64,000 bases of DNA from Bdellovibrionota bacterium. Its GTDB lineage: Bacteria; Bdellovibrionota; Bdellovibrionia; Bdellovibrionales; JAEYZS01. Shown here one piece after another: positions 26,632 to 35,796 of this stretch (position 1 is its first letter; every line of letters begins with the position of its first letter). The notes under the pieces are model-generated. The model did no database searches. It was not told where the DNA came from and saw only the letters and a list, made by a program, of their open reading frames with translations. Made by a program: the position numbers and the translations under genes. The stretch covers positions 5,479 through 69,478 of the forward strand of contig CAUJDY010000063.1 in NCBI GenBank assembly GCA_963169805.1. Direction: 5' to 3'.

Positions 26632-28989
26632 TTGAATATAATTGTAGGTCATTTTAAAAATTTTATCGGAAAAGCACTTAGCTGGGCTCAATTTCGAATG
26701 CTGTTATCGATTCTTTTGATCGTTCAAATGGCAATGCCCGCAGCCCACGCACAGACACTACCTCGTATTGGCCAAATCAATCACTTACCAAATTTAGTAC
26801 CCGATGAAAGAGCTATGTTTGATGTGGATCGTACAATGTATGATCGATCTCCAGAAGATATCCCCGCTGAGCTCAAACAAAGACTTGAATCCCAATTCCA
26901 ATTATCTATCCAGACAATTTTTGAAACACTCTTTTTGCATTCAGGCTTATATGAGAAATTTGAAACTCAACAGAAATCTTTAGGTAGAGACGAGCTGATT
27001 GAGCGGCTCAAAGAAAAGTCTGACAAGCTAGGACTCACCTATGACATTGAAAACGTAGGCAAAGCAGAGCTGATCCTTTTAGGACGTGGTAAATATCAAA
27101 TGCCTGTCACAATGATTCGATTAAATAGCGGACGCTATGTCATGTTCCTTGATAAAAGTTTATATGATCCTGAAATGTTTAAACAGGAAATCCCAAAAGA
27201 TCTTCCTCAAAATGAAATAAACCTTGAGATGAAACTCAGATCTATTGCCAAAGGACTTGTTCACGGATTGGTTTCTGAAATTTTAATTTTTGGAAAAAAA
27301 GGAGGGCCACATATCCCTCTCTATAAAATTATGAATCCTCAAACAACTCAAGAAGATATCCGCGAACAACTCACAGAAGAAATACGACCTCTTGCGGATC
27401 GATATTCGGAAATTGAGGAAGATCTACTTAAGGTTGAACTTACGGACCGAGAAAGAGAAAAGCTTCTAGCCGAGCGAGAAGTTATTGAAGAAAATGTTTT
27501 AAAACTACAAAAAAATAAAGACTCTTTTCTAGGTAAAATGGTTGTCTCTGGTGCTGTTAATATGTCTGCTGGAGAAACTGGACTTGGTCTCCCTATTACA
27601 GTCATTTACCACAATCAGGGGCAATTTATTGGGCGTGAAAATTTAGAACGACCACATGAGGACACTCTTAAAGACTCTATTCATAAATGGGCAACTTACG
27701 CAAAAGCAAATTACGAAAGCATACATATCGATTGGGATCCTGTTTATAAAGAAAAGGGAATTAAAAAGTTAAAAGTCTTCATGAAAGGAGATCTTTACTT
27801 TCAGTACTTAAATGTCCCATGGCAAGTTGTGCTCGCTTTAGCTTCTGGATATATGCTCACTTTTGTGACAGATAATGCTCCAAACTGGGCTGCACTGGGC
27901 ATGAACTCTCTCTTCATAGGTCTTCTTGTGGGACTTAATATTCGGACATTTTTAAAATGGAGCTTTTCAGGAACGGAACTTTCTAAATCTCTCAAAGATA
28001 CTTCGGTTGGTATTCTTTTTGGGATTACGGCCTATATGTTTGATCCGGCAAAATCACTTTCAGATGTCGCATTGATCACATGGGCATCCATCATTGGATC
28101 TCAATTCTTAAAGAACCTCGTAAAAAAAGGTCCAAGAGAATATCAGGCTTTCAAAAGGCGCTCAGGACAAACAAGAGGTGAACTTGCAACGCCTATTGAA
28201 AGACAATATCTCCAGTGGTGGGGAAAAAACGGAAAGCCCATAGGAAACTATGAAGTTAAAATACCTTTTAAATTGGTTCGATCCTATTTAGAAAAAGCTG
28301 GTATTTTACGTACCGAAAAAATAGGAGAAGTTCCAAGAGAGATCAGAAAAGACTCTATGCTTTCTACTGAAATGATCTTAAAAACATTTATACCAAAAAC
28401 GATGTCTACATTCAGCATATTGCTTTTTCCTGTCTACGCGTTGATTGGACCCTACTGGGAATACGAAAGCGTAAAGGATAAGGAGCGCGTAGCAAATGAA
28501 TACGCAAAACAACATGGCGCGAACACACCAAAATCTAAAGCATACCAAGAAGAAGCTCAGAAAGCGCGCAAGCAATGGGAAAACTACACAATACTAGATA
28601 AATACACGTTTGCAGCTTATGGATTTGATCTCAGTAAATTAAAATTTATGGATTCAAAAATTTTTGAGTACGGAGTAGTAGTTCCCTCTCGCTACTTGGG
28701 ATACTACGTTACAGTTTATTCTGATGTGATGCAAAAAATTGAAGCCCTACTAAAGGATGTATGGCTTTTTATGACGTACATATATAGTAAAAAATCTAAT
28801 GAGGGTCGTATCCAAAAATATGTTGGAATTTCTCTATACAAATTAAAAGTTAGACAAAAAGAAAAGCAAATGAGATCTAGAAACATCATCAACATGAACT
28901 ATCCTTTAAAACGGGAAACAGCGGAAAGCTTGCGGCAACGACGAGAAGTCTACTTTGCTCCAGCAAACTGCATGGGGTACTTTCGGTAG
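26632..28989 (+). CDS. large secreted/membrane protein of unknown function (paralog A)
   Basis: 785-aa ORF. Signal peptide ending 'AAHA|QTLP', an acidic coiled-coil-like stretch, then several TM helices. C-terminus '...NCMGYFR'. TTG start. No family recognised. Confidence 0.6.
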   Translation: MNIIVGHFKNFIGKALSWAQFRMLLSILLIVQMAMPAAHAQTLPRIGQINHLPNLVPDERAMFDVDRTMYDRSPEDIPAELKQRLESQFQLSIQTIFETLFLHSGLYEKFETQQKSLGRDELIERLKEKSDKLGLTYDIENVGKAELILLGRGKYQMPVTMIRLNSGRYVMFLDKSLYDPEMFKQEIPKDLPQNEINLEMKLRSIAKGLVHGLVSEILIFGKKGGPHIPLYKIMNPQTTQEDIREQLTEEIRPLADRYSEIEEDLLKVELTDREREKLLAEREVIEENVLKLQKNKDSFLGKMVVSGAVNMSAGETGLGLPITVIYHNQGQFIGRENLERPHEDTLKDSIHKWATYAKANYESIHIDWDPVYKEKGIKKLKVFMKGDLYFQYLNVPWQVVLALASGYMLTFVTDNAPNWAALGMNSLFIGLLVGLNIRTFLKWSFSGTELSKSLKDTSVGILFGITAYMFDPAKSLSDVALITWASIIGSQFLKNLVKKGPREYQAFKRRSGQTRGELATPIERQYLQWWGKNGKPIGNYEVKIPFKLVRSYLEKAGILRTEKIGEVPREIRKDSMLSTEMILKTFIPKTMSTFSILLFPVYALIGPYWEYESVKDKERVANEYAKQHGANTPKSKAYQEEAQKARKQWENYTILDKYTFAAYGFDLSKLKFMDSKIFEYGVVVPSRYLGYYVTVYSDVMQKIEALLKDVWLFMTYIYSKKSNEGRIQKYVGISLYKLKVRQKEKQMRSRNIINMNYPLKRETAESLRQRREVYFAPANCMGYFR

Positions 28990-30993
28990 TTGGTGATTCA
29001 AGGTGGGGGGAACAACTTGAAGACGGCAACAGAGATTCAGCACACGGTAAGTCACAGAAAATCTACAAAAAATATTTTTCTAAAATTCATTTACTTAACT
29101 CTTATTGTAACATTTAGCACACAATCAGCCACAGCTCAGGGGCTACCATACTTATTTGATAGTGAACGGCAACAAATTGATTTGAATCAATATGCAAAAT
29201 CTGTAGAAAACATGACAGAAGACGAAAAGCATTTTTTTGAAACTCTACTGGCAGAACCTGTGCGCGAGACAGCAGACTTACTCCTTCTCCTTGAAACACT
29301 CGAAATAAAAACCAAAAATTTAAAAAGTCAAAAAATAGATGTCGAAAATCGCATCCTAAACTCGAACGCAAAGAATGAAGTCGCTATTGAACTGCCAGGA
29401 ATTGGAACCGCTAAGTATGTTGTTTTAGGATATGGTTTAAGCGCTAGAATCTTTACTCAGGTATATGTTTATAGATCTAATACAACCTATAATCTCATAG
29501 ACACGAACATTATCGATCTTCACCAATGGGACGGAGCTCATGTCTCAAAGAAAACGACCCGTTATGTTTCTTTTGATCAAGATGGTAACCGTATCGAACG
29601 AGACTATATAACAGTAACAAAAAAAGATGGAACTCAAGAGCTTTTAACAGAAGAGCAGTACAGAATTAAACGTCGTCACATTAAAATGTGGAAAGAATAC
29701 TACTCACAAAAAAATGCTCAACTGATAACACGAACTCAAATCCACGCAGATTTTATCCCCCTCGAACGACAAACAGAAAACGGCACCCCTGAAGGCACAA
29801 AAGCATTTATTCAAGCTATGATTGATGAAGCCGTTCAAAGAGAAAATGCTATCAAACACGACCATCATCACACACGTGCTGACTTTGGAATGAATGTTGT
29901 GAATATTTTTATTAACGAATCACGTGTTGTAGATAAGCACGTCTTAAATCCATATAAGGAAAACTCAGGTGTTAACTCCCTTCTCAATTATGTTCGATCG
30001 ATCAAAGAAAATACAAATGCTGAATGGGAACACTGGGATGGAAAAAGAAGCCTTAAAACATTTAATACCGGTGACTTTCGTACAACGTGGAGATCACTTT
30101 TTTTTCAGGAGCTTCTCACAATTCCTCTAGCTATGGCACTGACTCCCGACAAGCCCTATGTAGGACCTCTCCTTACACTTGTCTGGGGCGTTGTTGTTGG
30201 ATTTTATAATAAGATCTATAGAAATGCTCAAAACTACGCAAGATCACCTGCAGAAAAAAATATTGTCGTTTCCCTTGTTTCAATTTCATATAACTACGCT
30301 TTTGGTATTTTAATGTTTGGAATTGAAGGACTTAGTCTTACCACTTTAGAAGGTCTTTCAACTCATTTGTTCTTATGGATCAATGTTTGGATTAGTAGTT
30401 GGGCTAAGGTCAAATTTCAGGCAATACCCATTGCAAGAGAACGTTCTCGTATGGTTCCAAAGGAGCTCAATATCTTAGGTTTCAAAATCAAGTGGGGCCC
30501 AAGCGATGAGGCTCAAACTGCAAGCAATATTACCAGTGCATTTAAATTTATGGATCTGGCAGATAAGACCCCTCTTTTTGGACCTGCTGAACTGAAACTT
30601 ACAATAGGCAAATTACTATTTATTGGTTCGGGATTCCTCGTTCATCTGGCCTCAATTTGGTATACATACAAACATGATCTCCCTGAGAAGAAAGCCTTAA
30701 AAGAAGAATGGATGAGATATCATACCCTTAGAAAACCATTTCTTACAAAAGAGCAAATTAAAAACATGAAAAACCTCGATGATATCACGTTAAAGTATCC
30801 GTATACGGATACTCGCATCGTGATCCCTCTTGCTGGTATCATTCAAGATATTTTAGAAACAGTATTAATGACGAGTCTAAACTTAGCTAAAAAGCTTCCG
30901 TCAGTATGGGATTCAATATCTCAAAACTCTAAAAACCTTATTGAGTATAGCAATAGAAAACTTGATCAAAGAAACTGTCGAGCTTACTTTTAA
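28990..30993 (+). CDS. large secreted/membrane protein of unknown function (paralog B)
   Basis: Signal peptide ending 'SATA|QGLP' and the same overall layout as the upstream gene. C-terminus '...NCRAYF'. The likely real start is the TTG at 29017, 6 nt after GGTGGGGGG. Confidence 0.6.
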   Translation: MVIQGGGNNLKTATEIQHTVSHRKSTKNIFLKFIYLTLIVTFSTQSATAQGLPYLFDSERQQIDLNQYAKSVENMTEDEKHFFETLLAEPVRETADLLLLLETLEIKTKNLKSQKIDVENRILNSNAKNEVAIELPGIGTAKYVVLGYGLSARIFTQVYVYRSNTTYNLIDTNIIDLHQWDGAHVSKKTTRYVSFDQDGNRIERDYITVTKKDGTQELLTEEQYRIKRRHIKMWKEYYSQKNAQLITRTQIHADFIPLERQTENGTPEGTKAFIQAMIDEAVQRENAIKHDHHHTRADFGMNVVNIFINESRVVDKHVLNPYKENSGVNSLLNYVRSIKENTNAEWEHWDGKRSLKTFNTGDFRTTWRSLFFQELLTIPLAMALTPDKPYVGPLLTLVWGVVVGFYNKIYRNAQNYARSPAEKNIVVSLVSISYNYAFGILMFGIEGLSLTTLEGLSTHLFLWINVWISSWAKVKFQAIPIARERSRMVPKELNILGFKIKWGPSDEAQTASNITSAFKFMDLADKTPLFGPAELKLTIGKLLFIGSGFLVHLASIWYTYKHDLPEKKALKEEWMRYHTLRKPFLTKEQIKNMKNLDDITLKYPYTDTRIVIPLAGIIQDILETVLMTSLNLAKKLPSVWDSISQNSKNLIEYSNRKLDQRNCRAYF

Positions 30994-31262
30994 AGAGTTC
31001 GAGTTAAAGATTTAACTTCATAGTTTGCTTTCTTTTCAATTGCATCTCGAATACTTTGATCTGTAACAGAAGCGGGCGCCTGAATAACAACTTGCTTTAA
31101 CTTCGTATTCACGTCCACTTTTTGAATGCCAGAAACACTCTTGAGAGCCTCCGTTATTTTCTCAGCACAGGAACTACAAACAATTTTCGGAACAGAAAGT
31201 GTAATTGTGTCTGCAAACACTGACGAACAAGACAATAAAGCTGCAAATAGTAATGCTTTCAT
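30990..31262 (-). CDS. periplasmic heavy-metal-associated (HMA) domain protein, MerP-like
   Basis: Signal peptide plus a ferredoxin-like HMA fold with 'VCSSCAEKI' (CxxC). Confidence 0.75.
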   Translation of the reverse strand: MKALLFAALLSCSSVFADTITLSVPKIVCSSCAEKITEALKSVSGIQKVDVNTKLKQVVIQAPASVTDQSIRDAIEKKANYEVKSLTRTL

Positions 31263-31263
31263 T

Positions 31264-31629
31264 TTAAACTCCTAATATAAATGGTAATATATAAGCGAAT
31301 ATAAACCCAATTAAATACATGGTCCAAGACAAAATAAGAATTATTAAACTCCACTTCCTGACAACCTTACACACCTCAGCTTGCTCGGGATCAATGGGAC
31401 AAGGGGCATTTCTTGCTTTGTAGAAACTTATTGAGCCTAAACTCAAAAGTATTCCTCCAATCAAAAAAAGCCATTTTTTATTTTCTGTCAGCACGATGAG
31501 CTGGGGAAAAACATCTACTATTCCAACCACGACTGCACCAAATCCTAAGCTAATCAATAGCGAAGGAAGAGCACAGCATATAAGAGTGGAAAACGATGTA
31601 AATAAACTTAAATAGGCCGCGAATCTCAT
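31264..31629 (-). CDS. MerT-like thiophilic-metal transporter
   Basis: 121 aa with 3 TM helices. Vicinal Cys pair in TM1 ('LICCALPSLLISLGFG', compare MerT 'CCLGPLVLIALGFSG') and a second Cys pair in the loop ('CPIDPEQAEVC'). Confidence 0.6.
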   Translation of the reverse strand: MRFAAYLSLFTSFSTLICCALPSLLISLGFGAVVVGIVDVFPQLIVLTENKKWLFLIGGILLSLGSISFYKARNAPCPIDPEQAEVCKVVRKWSLIILILSWTMYLIGFIFAYILPFILGV

Positions 31630-31904
31630 CCTCTGTGAACTCCTGTAATTTTGTATCCGGAATCCTCATCAATTACTTTATAAATTTCCTCATCTGATAA
31701 CTTTTGCCCATCCTTCAACTCCAAAATTAGCATCTTCTGATCCATTTCTACTTTTATAGTCTGGACCTGAGATAGTTCTTTAAATTTTGATTCAACTTTT
31801 GAAAAACAGAGAGGGCATACAAGTCCTGAAACCTTAACTTCTATCTTCTCGCCAGCTAAAGCTAAGCTTGATATCAAAATGATACTCATCAGAAACATTC
31901 GCAT
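31626..31904 (-). CDS. periplasmic HMA domain protein
   Basis: Signal peptide plus a 'VSGLVCPLCFSKV' CxxC metal-binding motif. Confidence 0.7.
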   Translation of the reverse strand: MRMFLMSIILISSLALAGEKIEVKVSGLVCPLCFSKVESKFKELSQVQTIKVEMDQKMLILELKDGQKLSDEEIYKVIDEDSGYKITGVHRG

Positions 31905-31918
31905 ATAGATCTCCTTTG

Positions 31919-32554
31919 TTAATAATCCAACATCAAATTAATTAAAAATCCACCCCTGTGAGGGGCTCCAATTTCCCACATTACGTTTTTATAAAAAAAT
32001 CTCATGAGTGGAGTGACATCAATCTGACTTGTTTGAGCACGGTTTTGACTCACCTGAACCATATACCAACTCCACAACTCATAGTAACTGGCCGGATAAG
32101 CTGCAAATCCTGCGCGAACTTGGTAGGTATCTGACAACGTTTCAACATCATTTTTTGAATACTCATGCTTGATCATCAAGAAATGTTTTGTTGTTTCCCA
32201 GTCAGCTTGTACTCCATACAAATAAACTCCAGAGTCATCCTCAGAAACATCATACTTGGATTGCCCATAGCCCACGTAAGCATAAATATTCGCTTGCGAG
32301 TCCTCATTATTCCAACGCTTTAATAAAAATGTTGTCATAGGAATATAGGATTGAACACTCTCTCCATTTTCATACTCAAAACGATGGTACCGTAATCCAA
32401 GCCCCCAGTAATACTGTAGTGAGTAGATTGTATCAAATTGAGTAGACTCTTCCATAATCTCTGACATGAGAGAGATGGTCCCTTTTGGGCGCACCGGGTG
32501 AGCCTGGGCACCTATACAACCCATTAACAACATCATAACGACTATTTGCTTCAT
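31919..32554 (-). CDS. putative outer-membrane beta-barrel protein (unknown function)
   Basis: Signal peptide, alternating aromatic/polar strands rich in Tyr/Trp, and a C-terminal aromatic residue ('...LMLDY'). First gene of the HMA/MerT string. Confidence 0.4.
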   Translation of the reverse strand: MKQIVVMMLLMGCIGAQAHPVRPKGTISLMSEIMEESTQFDTIYSLQYYWGLGLRYHRFEYENGESVQSYIPMTTFLLKRWNNEDSQANIYAYVGYGQSKYDVSEDDSGVYLYGVQADWETTKHFLMIKHEYSKNDVETLSDTYQVRAGFAAYPASYYELWSWYMVQVSQNRAQTSQIDVTPLMRFFYKNVMWEIGAPHRGGFLINLMLDY

Positions 32555-32604
32555 ACAAGCGACTCCTAACTATGACCTACTTAATACCATACGTATCCAG
32601 AACC

Positions 32605-32638
32605 TTTTTTGTGACACTTTAAATAATGTCACAAAAAA
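32605..32638. promoter_or_regulatory. perfect 12-bp inverted repeat (TTTTTTGTGACA-N10-TGTCACAAAAAA) in a divergent promoter region
   Basis: Lies nearly midway between the metal operon start (32554, minus strand) and the ECF sigma start (32693, plus strand). The run orientation rules out an intrinsic terminator, so it is a candidate operator. Confidence 0.45.
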
Positions 32639-32692
32639 TGGCCTATATACGTATTACTTGATTAAGGTCATAAGAGTTGTCCATAATGGGAT

Positions 32693-33217
32693 ATGGGCAA
32701 TTTATATAATGACCTTAATGATGAAGAGTTAATGATGATGTATGTAAATAATGACGCCCAAGCATTTCGTGTATTATTCGAAAGGCACTCACCTAAGGTG
32801 TACGGTTACATTTATAAAAAAATACAGAACCAAGAAAAAGCACAAGACCTTTTGCAAACTGCATTTCTTAAACTTCATGAGAATAAAGATAAGTACAAAT
32901 CTGATTTTCCATTTCTCAATTGGTTTTTTGTTATTATCAGAAATACAATCATAGATGATATACGTAAAAATAAGATTAAATGGACGGAGCTAAAAGATTC
33001 CATTCCATCACCTGAAACCATAAGTACTCCAGATATCACCCCTCACATCCAATCAGCACCTGAGGCTTACAGAGAAGCTCTCTATCTAAGATATGTAGAA
33101 GACAAGGATTTTTCAGAAATTGCACAAAAACTTAATACATCAGAAGCAAACATAAGAAAAAAAATGAGCCGTGGAATTGAATATATCAAGCAGAAGATGA
33201 AAGGAGGGGCATCATGA
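32693..33217 (+). CDS. ECF (group IV) sigma-70 family factor
   Basis: Region 2 ('FRVLFERHSPKVYGYIYKKI...LLQTAFLKL') and region 4 HTH ('FSEIAQKLNTSEANIRKKMSRGIEYIK'). Confidence 0.85.
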   Translation: MGNLYNDLNDEELMMMYVNNDAQAFRVLFERHSPKVYGYIYKKIQNQEKAQDLLQTAFLKLHENKDKYKSDFPFLNWFFVIIRNTIIDDIRKNKIKWTELKDSIPSPETISTPDITPHIQSAPEAYREALYLRYVEDKDFSEIAQKLNTSEANIRKKMSRGIEYIKQKMKGGAS

Positions 33218-33744
33218 ATTCCGAATTTAAAGATTTTCTAAATTCTCCTACAAAAGAAGTACCTGATACAATTAAAACTTCTCTTACAAACAGAATTCTT
33301 ACAGAAATAAAAATCGACAACACTCCAATTCTACAAATTTTTGCCAAGTACTTTGTTGTAAATCTGGGGGCTGGATCTCTCACCCTTCTTGTATGCCCGC
33401 AATTTGGTATTGGTCCCTTAGGCGGAGGACATGGAATTGCTCATCATTTTATGCAATTTGGCATGTGGGCCTGTGGATTATTTTGTGCGAGTGTCTTTTT
33501 TATTTCGAGTCATATGTTATCTCTGGCTCTACTTCATCGTCGTGAACTCAGACGCATTTACAATTTTAAGATCTCCATTCCACTCGCAATAGCATTGTCG
33601 CTACTCATACTTATGAGCACTGGCTATACAATTAACTTTGACCCTATGTTTTTTAGATTTGATTTTATTGTTGGATGGATACTAGCGGCAGTGATGTTAA
33701 CATATGTAGCCTTTGAGGCTCGCTTTAGACTTCTAATAAGATAG
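33214..33744 (+). CDS. putative membrane anti-sigma factor (NrsF/DUF1109-like)
   Basis: ATGA overlap with the sigma gene. Polytopic, with a His/Cys-rich segment 'GGGHGIAHHFMQFGMWACGLFCA'. Confidence 0.5.
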   Translation: MNSEFKDFLNSPTKEVPDTIKTSLTNRILTEIKIDNTPILQIFAKYFVVNLGAGSLTLLVCPQFGIGPLGGGHGIAHHFMQFGMWACGLFCASVFFISSHMLSLALLHRRELRRIYNFKISIPLAIALSLLILMSTGYTINFDPMFFRFDFIVGWILAAVMLTYVAFEARFRLLIR

Positions 33745-34335
33745 TTAATAAAGAGGACCCAGTACACACCGAGGGTCTGGATATTTTTCTAAAGACTTCA
33801 AAAGATCTTTTTCATGCACAACGCCAGGCATGTCACACTTGATGGGCCGTTCATAACTCAGCTGAAAATGAACATGAGGATTCCATCCACCATTCTCATA
33901 CCTATCCCCCATCCAGCCTATAATGTGACCAGATTTTATGGATTGCCCTGGTGTTATATTATCATATGATTTTTGACTTAAGTGACCGTACAGAGCGTAT
34001 AGCAACACTCCATCAAAAATATGTTCTGTAATAAGAGTGTACCCGTAATCTAACTTAAAGGAATTATAGGCCTTCATAAATACAGAGCCATCATAGAATG
34101 AGTAAACAGGGGTCCCCACAGGTCCTCCTATATCGATCCCCATATGTATATCTCTTTGATCTAAGTACAATTCTCCTTTGTACATGTTCTTTCTTTTTTC
34201 GTTGTACTTTCCAATACCATATGGAGTCTTTAATATTCTGTCCTCATCATATCCATTTGTAAAATCATAAACTTCATAATCTCGTGGCAAATGTACGATT
34301 GGGCTATACGTATACTTTGAAAAATCAATTTTCAT
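33745..34335 (-). CDS. M23 family metallopeptidase (LytM domain)
   Basis: 'HMGIDIGGPVGTPVYSFYDGSV' (HxxxD) and 'NPHVHFQL' (HxH). Confidence 0.8.
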   Translation of the reverse strand: MKIDFSKYTYSPIVHLPRDYEVYDFTNGYDEDRILKTPYGIGKYNEKRKNMYKGELYLDQRDIHMGIDIGGPVGTPVYSFYDGSVFMKAYNSFKLDYGYTLITEHIFDGVLLYALYGHLSQKSYDNITPGQSIKSGHIIGWMGDRYENGGWNPHVHFQLSYERPIKCDMPGVVHEKDLLKSLEKYPDPRCVLGPLY

Positions 34336-34739
34336 GAACTTAAACCAACAGCCTTAAGCCATTCTGGAGTAGGATCAATAAGCCTTCTTTTAACAGTATC
34401 AAATAAACCAATTGTAAAATGCGCAGTACAACAAACCTCACCCTTATCATTTAGAATATTCTGTTCAACTTCTCCAATCTTTCCTTCGTACTTAACGACA
34501 TGAGATTGAATACGAATTATCTGACGAACCTTGAGCTCCTTTTTAAATCGTATTTTAATTTCCAAAATAGTAGGCCCCATTTTTTTTTCATAAATTTCCT
34601 TCAAACCAAATCCACCTTGAGTAATCCAATCCCAACGAGCTTCCTCTAAAATTTCCAAGTATGTTGCATTATTAACGTGCCCGAATGTATCAAGATGCTT
34701 TTCAAGAATCATGAGCTCATATGTGTGTGTATTAAACAT
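34332..34739 (-). CDS. acyl-CoA thioesterase (4HBT / YbgC-like hotdog fold)
   Basis: 'LDTFGHVNNATYLEILEEARWDW'. Start moved to the ATG at 34739 (AGGTGA RBS). ATGA overlap with the downstream M23 gene. Confidence 0.8.
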   Translation of the reverse strand: MFNTHTYELMILEKHLDTFGHVNNATYLEILEEARWDWITQGGFGLKEIYEKKMGPTILEIKIRFKKELKVRQIIRIQSHVVKYEGKIGEVEQNILNDKGEVCCTAHFTIGLFDTVKRRLIDPTPEWLKAVGLSS

Positions 34740-35130
34740 AAAAAATTTCACCTGCAAATTGTACCTATTATTAGCTTAAGCTAAATAATAGATGTTAGTT
34801 AGTCGGTTAACTGATCAGTTAATTTTATTTAAAAACTTTCCTATTGAATTTAAAAAAGAATATATATTTCAATATATCGAATGTAAAACAAAAATAAAAC
34901 ACATACCAGTGTACATAGCTAGAAATGTTTAATTTTGAGTCTAGACCTTTCCTAAATACAATCAAATTGATATACTGTAGTTGTACGCATCCAAAGGAAA
35001 AGGATGTCTTTATGTTTCTAGCAACTCAAAACAAATATCTTAAGTTTCAGAATGATACTGATGGTTAGCTAAGACCTTCTTTCTCATCATTGTTTTATCT
35101 ACTACGAACTCAAATACAAGAGAGGTCTAT

Positions 35131-35784
35131 ATGTTTCCCTTTAATTTTGAACCCTATCATAAACTCAAAAGACGCTATAAGAAAATAGATGGTATTACCG
35201 TCATAGAAATGAATTTAAAAAACGCAGACTATCTATTTGATGGCCGTGACCCTGCCCCATTCCGTGAAAAAGACTTAGATGAAGATGCTGTGAAGTATAT
35301 TGTCACATCTTTACGCGAAATTGATGAAACCGAAATGGTACGACTAAAAATTCACATGACACAACCGAGAGGCCCCAAAGACCATATTGAAGCGATTCAA
35401 GATGCCATTAGTACTTTTTTTTCGTACGAGGCAGAAATGAAGAGATCTGAACGAGAGCATATTTTTAGAATGGCTTTTAAATCGCTTATTATTGGCATGA
35501 CGGTGCTATCTATTTGCCTCTATCTCACCCAATACTTGGAAGGACAGCAGAGCTTTGTAACCAAATTTTTATCTGAAGGATTGCACATCCTAGGTTGGTA
35601 TTCGATGTGGAAGCCCGTTTATTTTGGTCTTTACGAATGGTGGCCTATTCGAGAAGATGAGTTGTTACTTTTGAAAGCTGCTAATATGGATATTGAAATT
35701 GTTTATGCCCAAGAGAATCGAAATACAGTAATTGAAGAAACTGTAACTTCATCTCTAGCGCACTACAACCCTATCTATAAGTAG
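35131..35784 (+). CDS. hypothetical membrane protein
   Basis: 217-aa ORF with a soluble N-terminal half and two or three TM helices in the C-terminal half. No motif recognised. Confidence 0.45.
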   Translation: MFPFNFEPYHKLKRRYKKIDGITVIEMNLKNADYLFDGRDPAPFREKDLDEDAVKYIVTSLREIDETEMVRLKIHMTQPRGPKDHIEAIQDAISTFFSYEAEMKRSEREHIFRMAFKSLIIGMTVLSICLYLTQYLEGQQSFVTKFLSEGLHILGWYSMWKPVYFGLYEWWPIREDELLLLKAANMDIEIVYAQENRNTVIEETVTSSLAHYNPIYK

Positions 35785-35796
35785 TTGCACTAAAAG

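Noticed and set aside
30990-32554. Calling the HMA/MerT string a mercury-resistance (mer) operon
   Set aside because: There is no merA, merR, merB or merD in the window. MerT/MerP-like folds alone do not establish Hg specificity, so I kept the call as a generic thiophilic-metal module.
32600-32630. ECF-type promoter (GAAC ... GTC) overlapping the 12-bp dyad
   Set aside because: The spacer between the AAC and the GTC would be about 24 nt, against the usual 16-17 nt, so the match is not credible.
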